A DNA stretch of 64,000 nt. Origin: Chiloscyllium plagiosum (taxonomy: Eukaryota). The notes below the pieces were generated by a model. That model searched no databases and was not told the origin of the DNA. It worked only from the letters and a program-made list of their open reading frames with translations. Of this stretch, positions 1 through 13,829 are shown piece after piece. The stretch is taken from NCBI RefSeq assembly GCF_004010195.1, contig NC_057718.1:41623803-41687802 (forward strand). Direction: 5' to 3'. A program made the position numbers and the translations under genes. Every line of letters starts with the position of its first letter. Position 1 is the stretch's first letter.

Positions 1-1189
1 AAAACATAGCTGTTTGAAAAAAAACTGAATTTTGGCATTAACCCTAATATTTTCTATGCTGTATAAACCTTTTGAAAAATAACTAAAAAAGCTGAGGCCA
101 AGTCCTGTCACGACTCAAGTAGTGCACAGATAGAATAGTGCCCCACAAGACCTACTTGGTGTACTAGACTACATCCAGGTGCTGTTCAAACTTATACATG
201 ATGCTTGAACAAATATAGATGCTTGAAAGGTTATGAGCGAAAACATCAAGGGAAAAAATCCAACTTTAAATTTGTTGTATAATTGGGTGAAAGTGGTGAA
301 GAAGAGAAAATGTTCCAATGGAACTTAAATATAACCAAGACTAAGCCCAAGAAAGATCCAACTTTTTCATGAAATGAAGTTGCTTTGATTTATATTTTGA
401 CCTTTTTAATTGGAAGGAAGGGAAATCAAAATGTCCACTCCTTCCCTAAACAAAGCAGCCGTCATGCAGACCCATCATTCAAATGAAATTGATAAAATTT
501 AATTACTCTTGCATCTTTCACTACTTCTGCATCAATTATAACAAAATGCATCAAATCCTTCGATGCAGAAGATAAAAATTACAGAGGCCAGGACATAACA
601 CAAGTACATCTACATTAGCAGCTGCTGGGACTTCTGGTACTGACTACTTTAAAGTAGAAGTCAAGATTGAGATCACCTCATTGAAGTACATCCGCCCTAT
701 GGAGAGAAACTCCCAACAAAAACTTGAATAATTTTGAGCTGCATGCACAATTCCAGTCTTCTATTGCCCAGTAGCCCCTACGCCTGCTAGTTAGCAAGCT
801 GATACACCAGCCAAATTCTTCCATTTCCCTTTGGTGCACTGGGTTGGTGATGTCTACCAGGTTGGATTTAGGAAAGCTCCCATTTCTGTACCCTCTCTGA
901 TAGCAGAACTAGGAAATAGGCAAAGATGATTTGGGTTAATAATTTTACAGTGGGAACATACCAGAATGATAGTTAATGAGACATTACAGTATTTAGCTAC
1001 CTCTCCTATCAAGTGCAGAAGGACATTGAGAGGCTGGCTGACCTTGGAAAGTGAACACTTGCCCCACCTATCCCCCTCAGACTGAAGTGCTCCAAGTACA
1101 TGCCAGATGCTTTGTCAGAAGAAACTCTTGGGCATTACAAGGAAGCATCCAAACAACCCCTTGCATCAGTCAAAGGCATACTTAACAAT

Positions 1190-2250
1190 GACCTTAGTTA
1201 TTTGCAATATATTAATTATTTAGGTGAGGGAACTAAATGAAACATCTCCAAGTTTGGATTCAAAGCTGAGTGGTAGGGTGAACTGTGGAAAATGCAGAGC
1301 TGCTTCAGTGTGATTTGTACAAGTTGAACATGTGGCCAAATGCATGGCGGATGAAGTATAATATAGACAAATGCAAGGTTATCCACTTTGGCAATAGATT
1401 GGGAAAGGATTGCCTTTGTACATCAGTCCCTGAAAGTCAGCATGCAGATTCAGCAAGGACTGAAGGCAGAACATGTTGGCCTGCATAGCGAGAGGATTGA
1501 GTACAGAAGCAGGGATTTCTTCCTGCAATTATACAGGTCCTTGGTCAGACCACACCTTGAGTACTGCGTACAGTTTTGGCCTGCTTAACTGAGGAAGGAT
1601 GGCTGTGGAGGGAGTTTAACAAAGGTACGTCAAACTGATATTTGGGATGGCAGAACTGACATTGGAAGAGAGACTAGATGGGTTAGGGCTCAGTTCACTG
1701 GAGTTTAGAAGAAGGAAGACAGATATCTCAGACATATAAAATATTACAAGGACTGGACAGGGTAATTGCAGAAAGGATGTTCCTGTTAACCATAGAGTCA
1801 TAGAAATGTACAGCATGGAAACAGACCCTTCGGTCCAACCTGTCCATGCCGACCAGATATCGCAACCCAATCTAGTCCCACCTGCCAGCACCCGGCCCAT
1901 ATCCCTCCAAACCCTTCCTATTCATATACCCATCCAAATGTCTCTTTAATGTTGTAAAGAATCAGGGATCATTTTCTAAGGATATGGGTAGACCATTTAG
2001 GACTAAGATGAGGAGAAATTTCTTCAACCAAAGGGTGGAGCACCTGTGGAATTCTCTGCTGCAGAGAGTATTTGAAGTCAAAACATTGAATATTTTCAAG
2101 GAGTTAGACATAGTGCTGAGGGCTAAAGGGATCAAAAGGTATAGAGAGAAAGCAGGAAAGTTAGATGACCAACTATGATCATAGTGAATGATGGAACAGG
2201 CTTGAATGATTGAATGGCCTACACCTGCTTGTATTTTCTCTGATTCTGTA
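1190..2250 (+). mobile_element. CR1 LINE 3' fragment with a second CR1 3' end nested in opposite orientation at ~1791-1955
   Basis: Peptides LYRSLVRPHLEYCVQFW and GRPFRTKMRRNFFNQRVEHLWNSL; the insert matches the CR1 tails at 25689 and 55945. Confidence 0.9.
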
Positions 2251-2649
2251 ATGCAAAGTAGCTTCCCCAAGTATTTACAAAATAAACAATTGCACCATTT
2301 TGAAGATATCAGATTCCTGTAAATGGTGCTATATTCATGCTACTTGGGCTTTACCCAGCCATCATGGCATCCCAAACAACTACAAAACTATATTGAAAAT
2401 GCCTAGAACTATCAACTATGCAGGCACATGAAAGTAATTACAAATTATGTTTTATAATATTAAGAGAAGCATTGTTCTGTCTACCAATCTTAAAAAGCAA
2501 TTAACTGGTCAGGGAACAGGTCCATTTGCTCAGTTCTTTTGTTGCAGCCTCAATACATGTAAGCCGCAAAATAGTTGGGTTTGTTGCCTGTACACAAAAC
2601 AGCATCCAGAAGACATTTATTTCACCTTATCTCCACGCGAGCTAGTCCA

Positions 2650-2960
2650 AATCACTATGAAGCAGAATGCAATTTTGACTACATCTCCCAGATATTCAAT
2701 GGAATTACCTTCTCAGAACCTTCGATCAATCAGGAGCTTAACTGCACCAGCTATATAGATACAGTGACGGAAAGATATGGTCAAATATTGGGAACTCTTG
2801 TGAGTAACTCACTCCTAACTCACCAAAGCCTATACACTTGGAAATACATCACCATTCCTCATGGCTGTTGGGTTACGATCCGGCACTCCCCAGTTGACAC
2901 TTTGTGGACTGCAGCAGTTTAAGGAGTTGGCTCGGCACCATATACTCAAGGATGAAAATT
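2650..2960 (+). mobile_element. Old CR1/L2-group LINE 3' fragment
   Basis: Similar to 18700-19350 (FNGITI..., cttggaaatacatcaccattcc, ggactgcagcagtt). Confidence 0.65.
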
Positions 2961-3153
2961 GGTGAGCATGCACCAAAGAAAGAAGTGCAGCAAGACTGCA
3001 CTAATTAGCCTAAAATTACCATGTCACTGATCATTATGATCCTGAATAGATAAATATAAATAAATATAAGGAAACATTTAAAACGTGGCTATGTCACAAT
3101 ACCCACATGATCAACAGAAACGCAAGTGTTCAGTATTACAAAACTCAACATAC

Positions 3154-3355
3154 CTTTTTTACATTATCAACTGGTCTTGCTGCTGAGCCCTGTCGAACAT
3201 TCGGTTCTGATCCTCGGAGCACATCGATGAAATCTTTCTTTGAGACAGAGTACAGTAACTTGGCACGCTTCTGTTCAGACCCACCTACTTCTTTAATTTT
3301 TTTATCCACACTAGCTTGATGCTTTCGAACAGCATTAAATAACTGCACAACACCC
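3154..3355 (-). CDS. RRP15: RRP15 coding exon 4; final exon lies beyond the left edge
   Basis: Acceptor cacag, donor AAG|GTATGT; 202 nt; [48 protein letters not shown], the hallmark (IAT)[10 protein letters not shown] motif. No LRDDF..KDWD-type C-terminal exon found in 1-3153. Confidence 0.96.
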
Positions 3356-3494
3356 CTGTGTATCAAGCAAATAGGTTAGTCAGGCTAGTTATTCCAGTCC
3401 ACTCAGACCACAAACATACAAATTAGGAGCAGGAGGGTGCTATTCAAGGGAAGCTGCTCTACACCTTCAACAAGAACAGGCTGATCAAAATGGT

Positions 3495-3915
3495 AATATG
3501 GTTCAGTTGTTAGCTCTCTTACTTCTGAGTTCAAGTACCATTCCAGGGTAAATAAATAAATCAAAGTTAACATATCAGTGCAGTACTGAGAGGGTGCTGC
3601 ACTGCTGAAGATAACAAATTTCAAATGAGATATTAAGCCAACACTCCATTTGCTTGCTTGAATGGATACAAAGAATTTCAAGGCATGGAATAAACATTAG
3701 CAGGCAAGTTGCTCCCTGTGCACTGACCAATTCTTATCTCAAACATCATAAAATCAAATTACTTGGTCATTGATCAATTACTTGAGAGTTTGAGAGTTTG
3801 CGTTTTGAAAACTGCCTACCATGTTTTCTCCATTATAATAGCAAATCATTGCTATAAAGCACTTTGCAATGCCTGGTGCCCATGAAAAACACTGTATAAA
3901 ATGCAAGTTTGTTTT
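3495..3915 (+). mobile_element. DeuSINE (SacSINE1/AmnSINE-like) in RRP15 intron 3
   Basis: gtactgagagggtgctgcactg...tttcaaatgagatattaagcc...ctgtataaaatgcaagttt follows the Deu-domain layout; second copy at 29325. Confidence 0.7.
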
Positions 3916-4400
3916 GTTTCCATCACGATTACAATGGAGATCAAAATATTAGTTGTCCATTGGATCCAACCTAGCCAACACGTCTGTCACAAATTATCAG
4001 TATAATACAACTATTTTTAATAGGCACTTATGGGTTTCTCAAGTACCTTTCACTTTCTTCAGTTATTTTCAATGCAGATGAACAAAAAATTGCAAAAACA
4101 AGAAGCATTTTTATGAAGGGATTTTGCTTTTGAATACAACAGCATATAGGCCAGAATGAAAGCAAAACTTCTGTGGACGACATTTCTTTGAAGAGCGCAG
4201 CATATTCACTGCCATACAATACCAAAGGCCAGTGAAATTTCAAAAGGTTGTCTGTTTGATTTAGTAGGTCTACATGCTCAAGACATAAGGAGCATGGACA
4301 ACAGAAAAACCAAAAACTGTCTTTGCAAGAACTATTAAGGAAAATACGTAAATTATTTTAACCAGTGGATTTGCTGGTAAATACAACTAACAATTACCAA

Positions 4401-5370
4401 TTAAAATGAACGTAAATTGCTGGAAAAACTCAAGTCTGACAGCAACTGTGATGAGAAAGCAGAGTTAAAGTTCTGGGTCCAATGACCCTTTCAGGGTTCA
4501 GGGTCCCCTTGGTCGTCACTTACCACCCCATAAACATCTACATCCAAAGTCACCATCCACCACCTCTAGTGGGATGCTAGAGGCACACTCTCCTCCCATG
4601 TCAACCTTCCACAGCAACTGTTCCGACTGAGAAACCTTAGCCCACTCCCAACGGCACTTTACCATGCAATCACAGAAATGCAATACCTGCCCGTTTACTG
4701 CCTGTTCACTATCCAAAGCCCCAGACACACCTCCCGGGTTAAGAAGTGATTTACCTGCACTTCACTCAATTAAGTCTACTGTATCCTCTGCTCACAATGT
4801 GGTCTGCTCTACACCAGGGGGACGAAACAGACTGGTCAAACACTTTTCAGATCCTGAACTTCTTGTTGCCTGCCTCTTCAACAGATCACGTATTCCCTGG
4901 ACAACATTGTTGTCTCAGGCTTTCTGCAGTACTCCAGTGAAGCTCAGCCCAAGCTGGAAGAACAACTCATTTTGCCGCATGCAGCCTTCAAGACTCTATA
5001 TTGAGTTTCATATTTTAGGGCCTGAGAACCTTCTCCCATGTCCTTACCCCAACCTTACACAGAAACCCTGTCATCACATGGCCTACTACCACACACAACC
5101 CAATGGCAGCTACTAAAGGTCCCCATTAGCAGCTATTCATTCTCCCAGCCTGACCTTTACCCCATTGATTTGTCTGCTTGTTTTTTTTCTCTCCTTCCCC
5201 AAACCACCCCCCAACACCTTCTGTAGCAGACATACTAACATTTCCCTAGCTAAAATCGGTCCGCAAAGAAGGAGCACAAAATATTAATTCCACTTTCTCT
5301 ACACAGACGCAGCCAGATATGCTGAATTTTGTTTCTGATTTCTAGCGTCCGCAGCTCTTTGGTTTGTATT
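4401..5370 (+). mobile_element. Penelope-like element: GIY-YIG 3' region with inverted terminal segment
   Basis: Degenerate FTCTS..VYCILCSQCGLLY motif near 4750-4812; ends are inverted copies of the pLTR; flanked by 11-bp direct repeat acaattaccaa (4390-4400 / 5371-5381). Confidence 0.8.
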
Positions 5371-6804
5371 ACAATTACCAAATGATTCATCAAGTCAATA
5401 ATGTTTCTACTTTAAGCCCATAGAATAGCAGTTATAAAGATGCTGGAATTGAGATTCTTAAACTGAGGAATGCGCCATTAATGAGATTAGCACAATGCCC
5501 TTCAATCGGCCAATCATAATTCAAACCTTGCCGAAACTGGGAAGGCCATTCTGTTTCTTGTCAAAGTTCCAAACAAATTGAGCTGGTACTCAACATTCAA
5601 GTGCTCAACATTGGGCACTGGCTTTATTTTAACTGGCTTTATTTGTAAGGAAATGTATTTGAAGAGCTAGGGGAGACAAAGCATAATGAGATGTTATATG
5701 TTTCGTAAAACATTAAACCAGCTGATGTTTCCTTTGGTTAATTAGTAGATAACAACCGATCAATTCATACCTGGCACTAAACCCCATTATCTAATTCAAA
5801 TTAATCAAGATAAGACCACATTAAAGGGAGGTATCACATCAAGATAACCTGTGTCTTACTGATTGCACAACTCCAGAAATTATGATCTAAGAGAAAACCT
5901 TTTTTGCAGGTTAACTTACTGTCAATTAGAAATGAGGAATGGCTTATATATACAGGCAATGATAGACATTGGGAGTCCTGAAACTTATTGCTCATTTTGA
6001 TTTGGCAAACAACAGTGAAAGAAGTCACTTCAGGTTGCCCATACCCACCACCTAGTGGGAATATCAAGAAATGCAGAAGTTGAGATTTAAAAGTAGGTCA
6101 GAGCCTAGATGTTCACATTGCAGCATATTTCCAGAAGGATGGGATGTTCACCTGCCATGAATGCGATTTCTTCCCTGTCAATGGGATCTTTAACATGTTT
6201 TGGTGGACTTGTTACAGGACTTAGAGCTGGATGAAAATTGCTTTTTATTGCTACTTCAGAGAACTGACAGGCATGGTGTGCAGACTTTGAGAAGCCTCTT
6301 CGACCAACCCTAACGTTAGATGCCATGTCTTTCAATGAGCCCTTTCTAAATGGAAGCAACAGCAGTACATGCAATACAGATCTTGTTCCAATTTGTTAAG
6401 TGCAGGTGGGCGGTGCAGTTTCTGACACAAGGGTCAGCCTCTGAGGGTGAAGAATAGGCATAAATCAATCACCATGCACATTTCCAAACTGATTTCTTCA
6501 AGATAAGCTGAAATACGGAAGGATTTAGAAAGTGGTGTGTCAAGAGTCTTTCGTCAGCTTTGGGATGGAGATGTGAGAAAAATGGTCAAATGTTTTGTGA
6601 ATGGATGGATTTAAAATTTCTAAAATCAATTTAGCCTTTTCTCATTAAAGCAAAAGTTATGTTAAATTAAAAGCAAACAGAAAAAGTCTCTATTTTATTT
6701 CAAAGATTGTAATAAAATAATTCCAGTGACTTCAAACAAGGATATATTGAGCACATTGTTTACCTTATCCATTTGCAAGCAAATTCACTTTTCAAAAACC
6801 ATGT

Positions 6805-7420
6805 GCTGGCAAATAGGACTAGATTAATTTAGGATATCTGGTTGGCATGGATGAGATGGACCGAAGGGTCTGTATTCATGCTATACATTTCTATGACAAA
6901 GGGTGGCCTTGCAGTTTTAGAACATAGAGGGCCAAAGGGCCTGTGCTGTTCTATGTAGTGCCATCCTTTTATCCTACTGAGATCAGACTAACCTACACAC
7001 TCAATTTACTGCTGTCCATGTTCTTGTCCAGCAGTCACTTAAATGTCCTTAATGCCTCTAACTACTGCCACCGCTGGCAATGCATTCCACGCACCCACCA
7101 CTCTCTGCGTAAAGAGCCTATCTCTGACATCTCCCCTAAACCTTCCTCCAATTACCTGAAAATTATGCTCCCTTGTGATAGACATTTCCGCTCTGGGAAA
7201 AAGTCTCTGGCTACCACTCTATCTATGCCTCTCATCATCCTGTACACCACTATCAAGTCACCTCTCATCCTTCCTCACTCCAATGGAAAAAGCCCATGCT
7301 AGAGGGATATTGGCCAAATGTTGGCAAATGGGACTAGCCCAATTTAGGATTTCTGGTCGCATTGTTGTGTTGGACCAAACTGTCTGTTTACGTGCTGTAT
7401 ATCTCTATGTCTATGACTAT
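6805..7420. mobile_element. Cluster of three CR1 3' fragments (+, -, +)
   Basis: ggaccgaagggtctg and ctatga tails; the minus-strand piece has catccacgcacccaccactctctgcgtaaa-like sequence and tatcaagtcacctctc. Confidence 0.8.
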
Positions 7421-7475
7421 GACTTTACAATTTAGCCATCAGAAATTCTTCTACAGAAAGCTGCACAAAACTTAC

Positions 7476-7573
7476 CTGGTGGCTATTCTTTGGAAAGTCC
7501 GTTCAGTCTCTTGATCTTTAGCTACATTAGGTTTCACTCTGCACATCTGTTCCCATTCTTTCTTTTTATCCAG
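7476..7573 (-). CDS. RRP15: RRP15 coding exon 3
   Basis: Acceptor ctttctttggcag, donor CAG|GTAAGT; 98 nt; [33 protein letters not shown] (Rrp15p domain). Not in the ORF track. Confidence 0.95.
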
Positions 7574-8758
7574 CTGCCAAAGAAAGCACATTTAAGAACA
7601 TGCTGAATAATGTCATAACTTCATTGAAATCAAAGGTTTCTAATGAATAAATTACTGTATTAAATATCCAAACATTTGTTGGGAAATGGTGAAACCACAG
7701 TTTCAGCAGAAACTAAAGCCTCAACAGAACAGTTACTAGTATTAGCAATACTTCTGTAAACACCATTTACAGCTGATGACAGCAAAGCAACTTTTTCTTC
7801 AAATTAAATTGTGCTCAGTGATAGACATATGCCTGAAATGAAATACTTGCCGCATTCAGTCTCAAGCAATTCTGTATCAGGTGTAGCAGAGGCTGGATGC
7901 AGAGTAAATTCCAAGAATGTGCTTTTATGCACCAGTTTAAGATCTACTTTTCTTACACCAGTTTCTGCCAGATTGTCAATTAAACTGAATTGGAAGCAGT
8001 TGTATGTGGTAGGTCCACATCCCACTAGATATGGCCATGGAGCCAGGCAAATTCATTTCACATGAAACTTCTGCATTCAGGGAAAAGAAAATCTGCCTCC
8101 CATCAATTTCCAATGCAAAGGTTAAGAATAATATGCTAACCCACTGCACTCAGTGCCCCTCAGAATCCAAAACATGCCATGTTAATTGGAATTTCAAAAA
8201 TATTAGAAACGTATGTAGATTTAATAGAATTTACTAACAAACAGCATAAATGCTGGAGGTCTGGCACAGGGCTACTGGCAGTACTCCAAGCTTGGGGGTT
8301 TGTTGACAAACTCTTCAAGCTTCAATTTTGTAGCTTACAATGTGACTGAGGGGTTCAAATGGCATTGCTGCCTTTGGATCCATTGCCAGCATCCCTTAAG
8401 TAATCCTCTTTGTTGAAATAAATGGCCAAGGCAAACATTTGTAATTCCACATTGGTCAACAGTAAACAGAGAGTTCGCCAAGTGTAATTTTAGCACACAT
8501 TACCTATACACAGCACATAACCCTAGCAATCCATTCTTATTTATATCCCAAGCAAAAAAAGCATTTCAACTGAAAAAAAAAGCAGCAATAATTAACTTGC
8601 ATGTGACTGGGAGTTAGCAGTTCAAACCAATTCACAATATACAACTTTTCACTTTGCATACTCATTGTTTCTAGTCATCACAAACTAAAATGGGAAAATA
8701 GGATGCATACAAGAGTAGTAACAGCTACAGAGTCTACTACTTAGAGTGTGGAAAACCC

Positions 8759-9106
8759 TGGAGAAAGTGAGGACTGCAGATGCTGGAGATCAGAGTCAAA
8801 AAGTGTGCCCCAAGGGGGATGAGATATAAATGGGAGGGGGGCGGGGAGAAGGGGAGGTACTGTATATACGTCTGGGCGATGCAGAGTTGGAGGGCTGGAT
8901 CTGGGATGGGGGGAGGGGAGGTGAAATGAGAAAACTGGTGAAATTGACATCGATCCGTTGTGGCTGCAGGGTCCAAAGCCGGAAGATGAGACGTTCTTCC
9001 TCCAGACATCAGGTGGCTAGAATTTGGAAGTGGAGACAGTCCAGGACTTGCGTATCCTTGGCAGAGTGGGAGAGGGAGTGGGAAGGGATGTGATCGGCTA
9101 TAGGGC
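8759..9106 (-). mobile_element. Penelope-like 3' fragment with pLTR end
   Basis: ggagaaagtgaggactgcagatgctggagatcagag terminus; minus strand encodes LEEERLIFRLWTLQPQRIDVNFTSF, the PLE GIY-YIG C-terminus; gtggaaaa repeated on both flanks. Confidence 0.8.
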
Positions 9107-9579
9107 AGTGGAAAATGTAGAATGCAATATTATTTGTCTGGGAAGTTCTGTGAACCATGCTTAAGTGTTAGAACATCCTGGAGGTGTCGTAATAAATATT
9201 GCCAAGGCTGTTTCTGCAGAAAAGCAAATTAAACCAGCTAGTTGTGAAAGTCAACTATGACTTCTTCCCACAATATGTACACCACTCACTCAAATGCAAA
9301 CATTCTTTAGAAAAAGATTTTTTTTAAATTGGTCAATTCCATATATCTTCTCTTCAACATTTGGGTCCCTTTCTCCAGAATCAACAGTGAAGCTCACAAA
9401 GAAAAACCTATTTCTAGTGTCAATTTCAATGGGCTTCCCTAACGACTTGTGTCACAACTCTGTTGCCCTTGGGTTTTGGAAGAAAAACAATTATTTCTGT
9501 TCTGGTAGTTACCAGTTTACACTGACATTTCATAATTATTGCGCAAAAAAAAGTCTGAAGAGCATAACGCAATTAATAC

Positions 9580-9830
9580 CTGCTTCATCTTTTCTAACAT
9601 TGCCTGCTTATGTTTCTCTTTTTCTTTCAGGTTCTCTTTATTTTTAGCAAGAATGGTTGGTTTGTCACCAGGAACCTTCTTATTAAGAATTCTGGCCATG
9701 GCATCTGCCCAGCCAGCATTGGGATTTGTTGAACTCAGGTCTGCAGTTTCCTCTCCAAGTTCAGTTTTTGAATCATGATTTTCCTCATCCTGTGAAGAGA
9801 AGTGATCACTTGCAAGATCACCATCAGAAT
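9580..9830 (-). CDS. RRP15: RRP15 coding exon 2
   Basis: Acceptor ctgtttttag, donor CAG|GTATTA; 251 nt; acidic stretch followed by [47 protein letters not shown], matching the RRP15 GWADAM..IL.KK....KPTIL motif. Confidence 0.95.
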
Positions 9831-12139
9831 CTAAAAACAGAACAGATGGGCATATTGTTATGAGTAGGAGGTATACCTTTCAAACATGAATTTCATTGAT
9901 ACAATACTGACATCTAGTGTCAACAAAAGGTTCAGCAATCTCCAAGCCACAGCTTACCAAATTTAATATTCAGCTGTAGCAATATTAAAAAATAAATTAG
10001 AAATCTGTATCCTATTGTGCATCCTAGACTTTTTATTCAAACTTTATTTAAAATCTGAATTTCTGTTTCACAGACCTAACACTGATTTGTTGCCTGTAAC
10101 AGTAATTGCAAATTCAGTTTTGCAAACAAACTTTAAACCATTAAGAATATTCAAAGTCACTGCAATAATATATTATGATTTTAGATATTTACATATATAA
10201 TTCAGTGGCACTTTGATACATGACTGCACTTCAGAACTTTTGAATTTATTTGTGGATAAACTTAATGGATTGGCAAAGTAAACCCAACATAACAATGATG
10301 CCATTAGAATGCAGCGCTACATATTAGCAGATGAACATTCTTCGCCAGAGCACCAGGATACCTTTTCTTATAAAACTCTTAAGGAGATTTTCAGCTGTTC
10401 CAGTGCCATGAAATCCAAAGCCTATAAAACTGTGCCACCTTGAAGACAGAAATGACCAATAGAACACAAAAAAAATTACAAAAGAGACAAAGACAAAGAT
10501 TCTCACCTTACACTCATCAAGGTTGAAATGCAAAAACACAACTTAGAAAAGAATGAACAATTTCTACAACTTGAGAAGAGCTTATTGATTGGCTGGACTA
10601 TGGTTAGCATGGAGATGCAACAAAAACTATTAAGTGTCTCATGTAACTGATTACATTTAAAATAAGGCAAGTTGCTTGGAGTTGTCGGGGTGTTGTCATG
10701 GAGATGCCAAAACACAATATAAAAAAGCTAACCTATCAAATTAAACAATGAAACTGACATCCGTGTCCAACATGCCCTCCAATATTTGCAAAGACTATTG
10801 GCTGCAGTATACACTGCATGCTTTTCTTTAGAGTTACTGGGGTCAGACAAGGCTGTGGGAAAAAGATATCCAAGGACAATCACTCCTAAAGACCAAATCC
10901 AACCTCAATGTCTAGATGGCCACCTTTGCCAGGCCAATGAGCACAATGACAATTGTTAAAATTCAGATGTGCACTTAGTGCGTGCACTGCAAATTATAAT
11001 ATAGGTTGGAGTCAAGACAAGTGAGGAATAAGAGTCAGCTTGGTTTGATATTTTAAGCCCTGCCTACCTCATAGCAAACAGTTACAGGCATGGGAATAAA
11101 CACAGTTGGTCTCTCTTACATCTTCTAGCTAAGTCAAGCAATATGCTCTTTAAAAGGCAGCGACACAAATTCAAGACTTAAAATGAAACATATAAAATAG
11201 ACAGTAGCTGGCAGAATTCTGTCACCTAAGCTATACTTACAAGGTAAACAAGCTTTGAAGTTAGTTTGTGCTGACAAACTGGAATAAATTGGGCACAGTG
11301 AATGATCTATAGGATGGAACAAGTGTTCCTAGGATACACTTGATATTGGGCCTTCTTTGAAAAAAGGAGACTGGTGAATTGCAGATTGTTGTTAGGAATT
11401 CCTAGGTGATGTGTCAGGTGCTGAGATGAGAGACCACAGGCAGCAGTCCTCAGGTAGCTTCCAGGAGATGAGGAGAAAGCATCTGCAGCCCAGCAATTGT
11501 TTTCAGCACTGGAACAGACACAGCAGAAACAATCAAGTATAAAGCTGTTCTTAAAATGGTTCCTTACATTGCTCATTAGACTGCATTTGAACCATGTTTT
11601 CCTTGCGTGCACCCAAACTCTATAAAAGAGACTTCAGCTAAGTCATTCGCCTCCTAGTTGCATTTCCAAAGATTCCAACCGCTGCTTTAGGTGCAGACCT
11701 TTGACAGTTTCCTCTGTATTCACCTGCATCATGACTTACATGCCGTACTGAAGTCCATTTTGCACCACTGCCAGAGTGAAAATGAAAAAGTAAAACAGAT
11801 GCTTTTGCTGCTGCAGCAAGTACAATATGCTGCATTTATAAAATGTTGGCATCACCAAAAATATCCCAAGCACCCAACTAACAAACTCAAATGAAAAGTG
11901 ACGCCAAGCCACAGGTAAATTAGGAAGACAGATAGATTTGGATGATTTCAATGGAAGAATGATATGTTTAGAAAGGAAACTCCAAACAAAACTGATGTGA
12001 TTGGTGATCAATGCTGGGAGTGAGGTGAAAGAGAGGGGAAAGTCAGAGAAGATCAAATAATTGTTATTTTATATTTTTTTCAGAATAATCAATGTATATA
12101 GAGTAGGGTAAATGATGGAAGGAATTGTAGACAAGGTCA

Positions 12140-12610
12140 AGACTAGCCACTTGCCTGGATACTGCAGCTCCAAAAACACCCAAGAAGTTTGACACCATCC
12201 AGGACAAATCAACCCATCATATTAACAAGCATCCACTCCCTTCACCAATGTTCAGTAGCAGCAGTGTACCACCGACAAGATATACTGCAGAAGTTCACCA
12301 AAATACCTTTGGACAATACTTTCCAAACACATGACCACTTCCATCTAAAAGGTCGAGGGCAGAAAATGCATGGGAACACCACTACTTGTAAGTTCCCTTC
12401 CAAAACAATTAGCATCCTGACCTGGAAGTATATTGCATTTCCCTCAGTGTTGTTTGGTCAAAATCCAGGAGTTTGCTCCCTAACTGCATTGTGGGTCCAC
12501 CTAAATCACATAGATAGAAGAGTTTCAAGTCAGCAGTTCGTCCTCTCAAGAGCAACTAGGAAAGGGCAATAAATGCTGGCCAGCCAGCAGCACCATGTCC
12601 CATGAAAGAA
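12140..12610 (+). mobile_element. CR1/L2-group LINE 3' end
   Basis: Homologous to 18930-19390; ends with gggcaataaatgctggcc tail. Confidence 0.8.
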
Positions 12611-13829
12611 TCAAAGACAAATGCTGAATTCGTTATGAAGGAAATGTAAGATCGGGAACAATAGTTATGGATGAGTCGAATAGATGCATAGCTTTGGAGA
12701 AAAGAGTGGAGTCAAAAGTATTTATCAATGTCTCATACATGGTGAATGCAATGTTAGAGGCAAAACTAAGTCAGTAGGTAAACTTCAACATCAGTTCAAA
12801 AACAAACATCAAGATTATAAACTGCCTGGGTCGGGCTGATGTCTGGGCAGGGAAGAGGTGATAAAGGAGGAAAGTCTGCAGTCAGCATCTGAGGAAACAA
12901 CTTCAATCTTCTCATGGCAGAGCAAGACCTGTCTGGGGTTCAATGACAGATAAGACAGCAATGACAGAATTAATGTGATGAAAAAGTAGAGAAACTTATC
13001 TAGCACATTGACTACTGACAGCATTCAGCTATTATAAATGGGATGAGCATGGAGCTGGATGACCAGCAACTTGAACAAAATGCACATCAGCATGGCACCA
13101 GCAGCTAAAGTACAGCACAAACAGGTTAACATAAGCCAAAGGGTTTTCAATCATTTAAATTTCTTCCATTTATCCCCTGTTGTTACACCTACAAATGTAC
13201 ATGTGTAAGTGAACAGTTTAAATCTGCAACTGCACACTATCCAAAGAAACTGGCTTTTAAACATCTAGCTCTGAACAACATAAATCAAGAACAAAGAAAC
13301 CACAGCATTTTAATTTTCATTGCACGACTCAGTCAGCAATATGCTGAATTTGATCGTGATCAATTTACAATTCAACAGAAACCAGCAAGATGTAAGAACG
13401 TTAAGTTTCCACAACATTTCAAGTGCAGGTTCAGAATAGTTTTGTGTGCAACCCAGTAAAGATTACCAAATATGCACACAAGTTAAATAGCACACATTAA
13501 AGTACAATCTTAAAAGTGCAATATTGCAAAACTGGGTGACAGAATCAAACAAGATTCACTCTCAGGTGGTAATATTAAACACTCCTTGACTTAGCTCAAG
13601 CTACCCAGGGCCACCATTTAAATTGCAAAAAAGAAATGCTGGTGGAAGCAAAAGAAGTCAGCTTCAGTCAGACTAATATTCAGGTAAATGAGTTGCGCAC
13701 TATCCTGATCTCGATATTAAACAGTTTAACTTAGAAGTCATTAACATTTTGTCAATGAATATGAAACTGATGATATGCCCTGGCAGTGATGGCCAGGTGC
13801 ACACAACCAGTAAACAAAAATGGAGATCA

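Noticed and set aside
1..3153. RRP15 last exon
   Set aside because: No minus-strand DWD or LRDDF-type codons found; the exon should lie beyond the left edge.
6043..6060. CTCF-like site ccactaggtggtgg on the minus strand
   Set aside because: A single imperfect motif is expected by chance in 64 kb.
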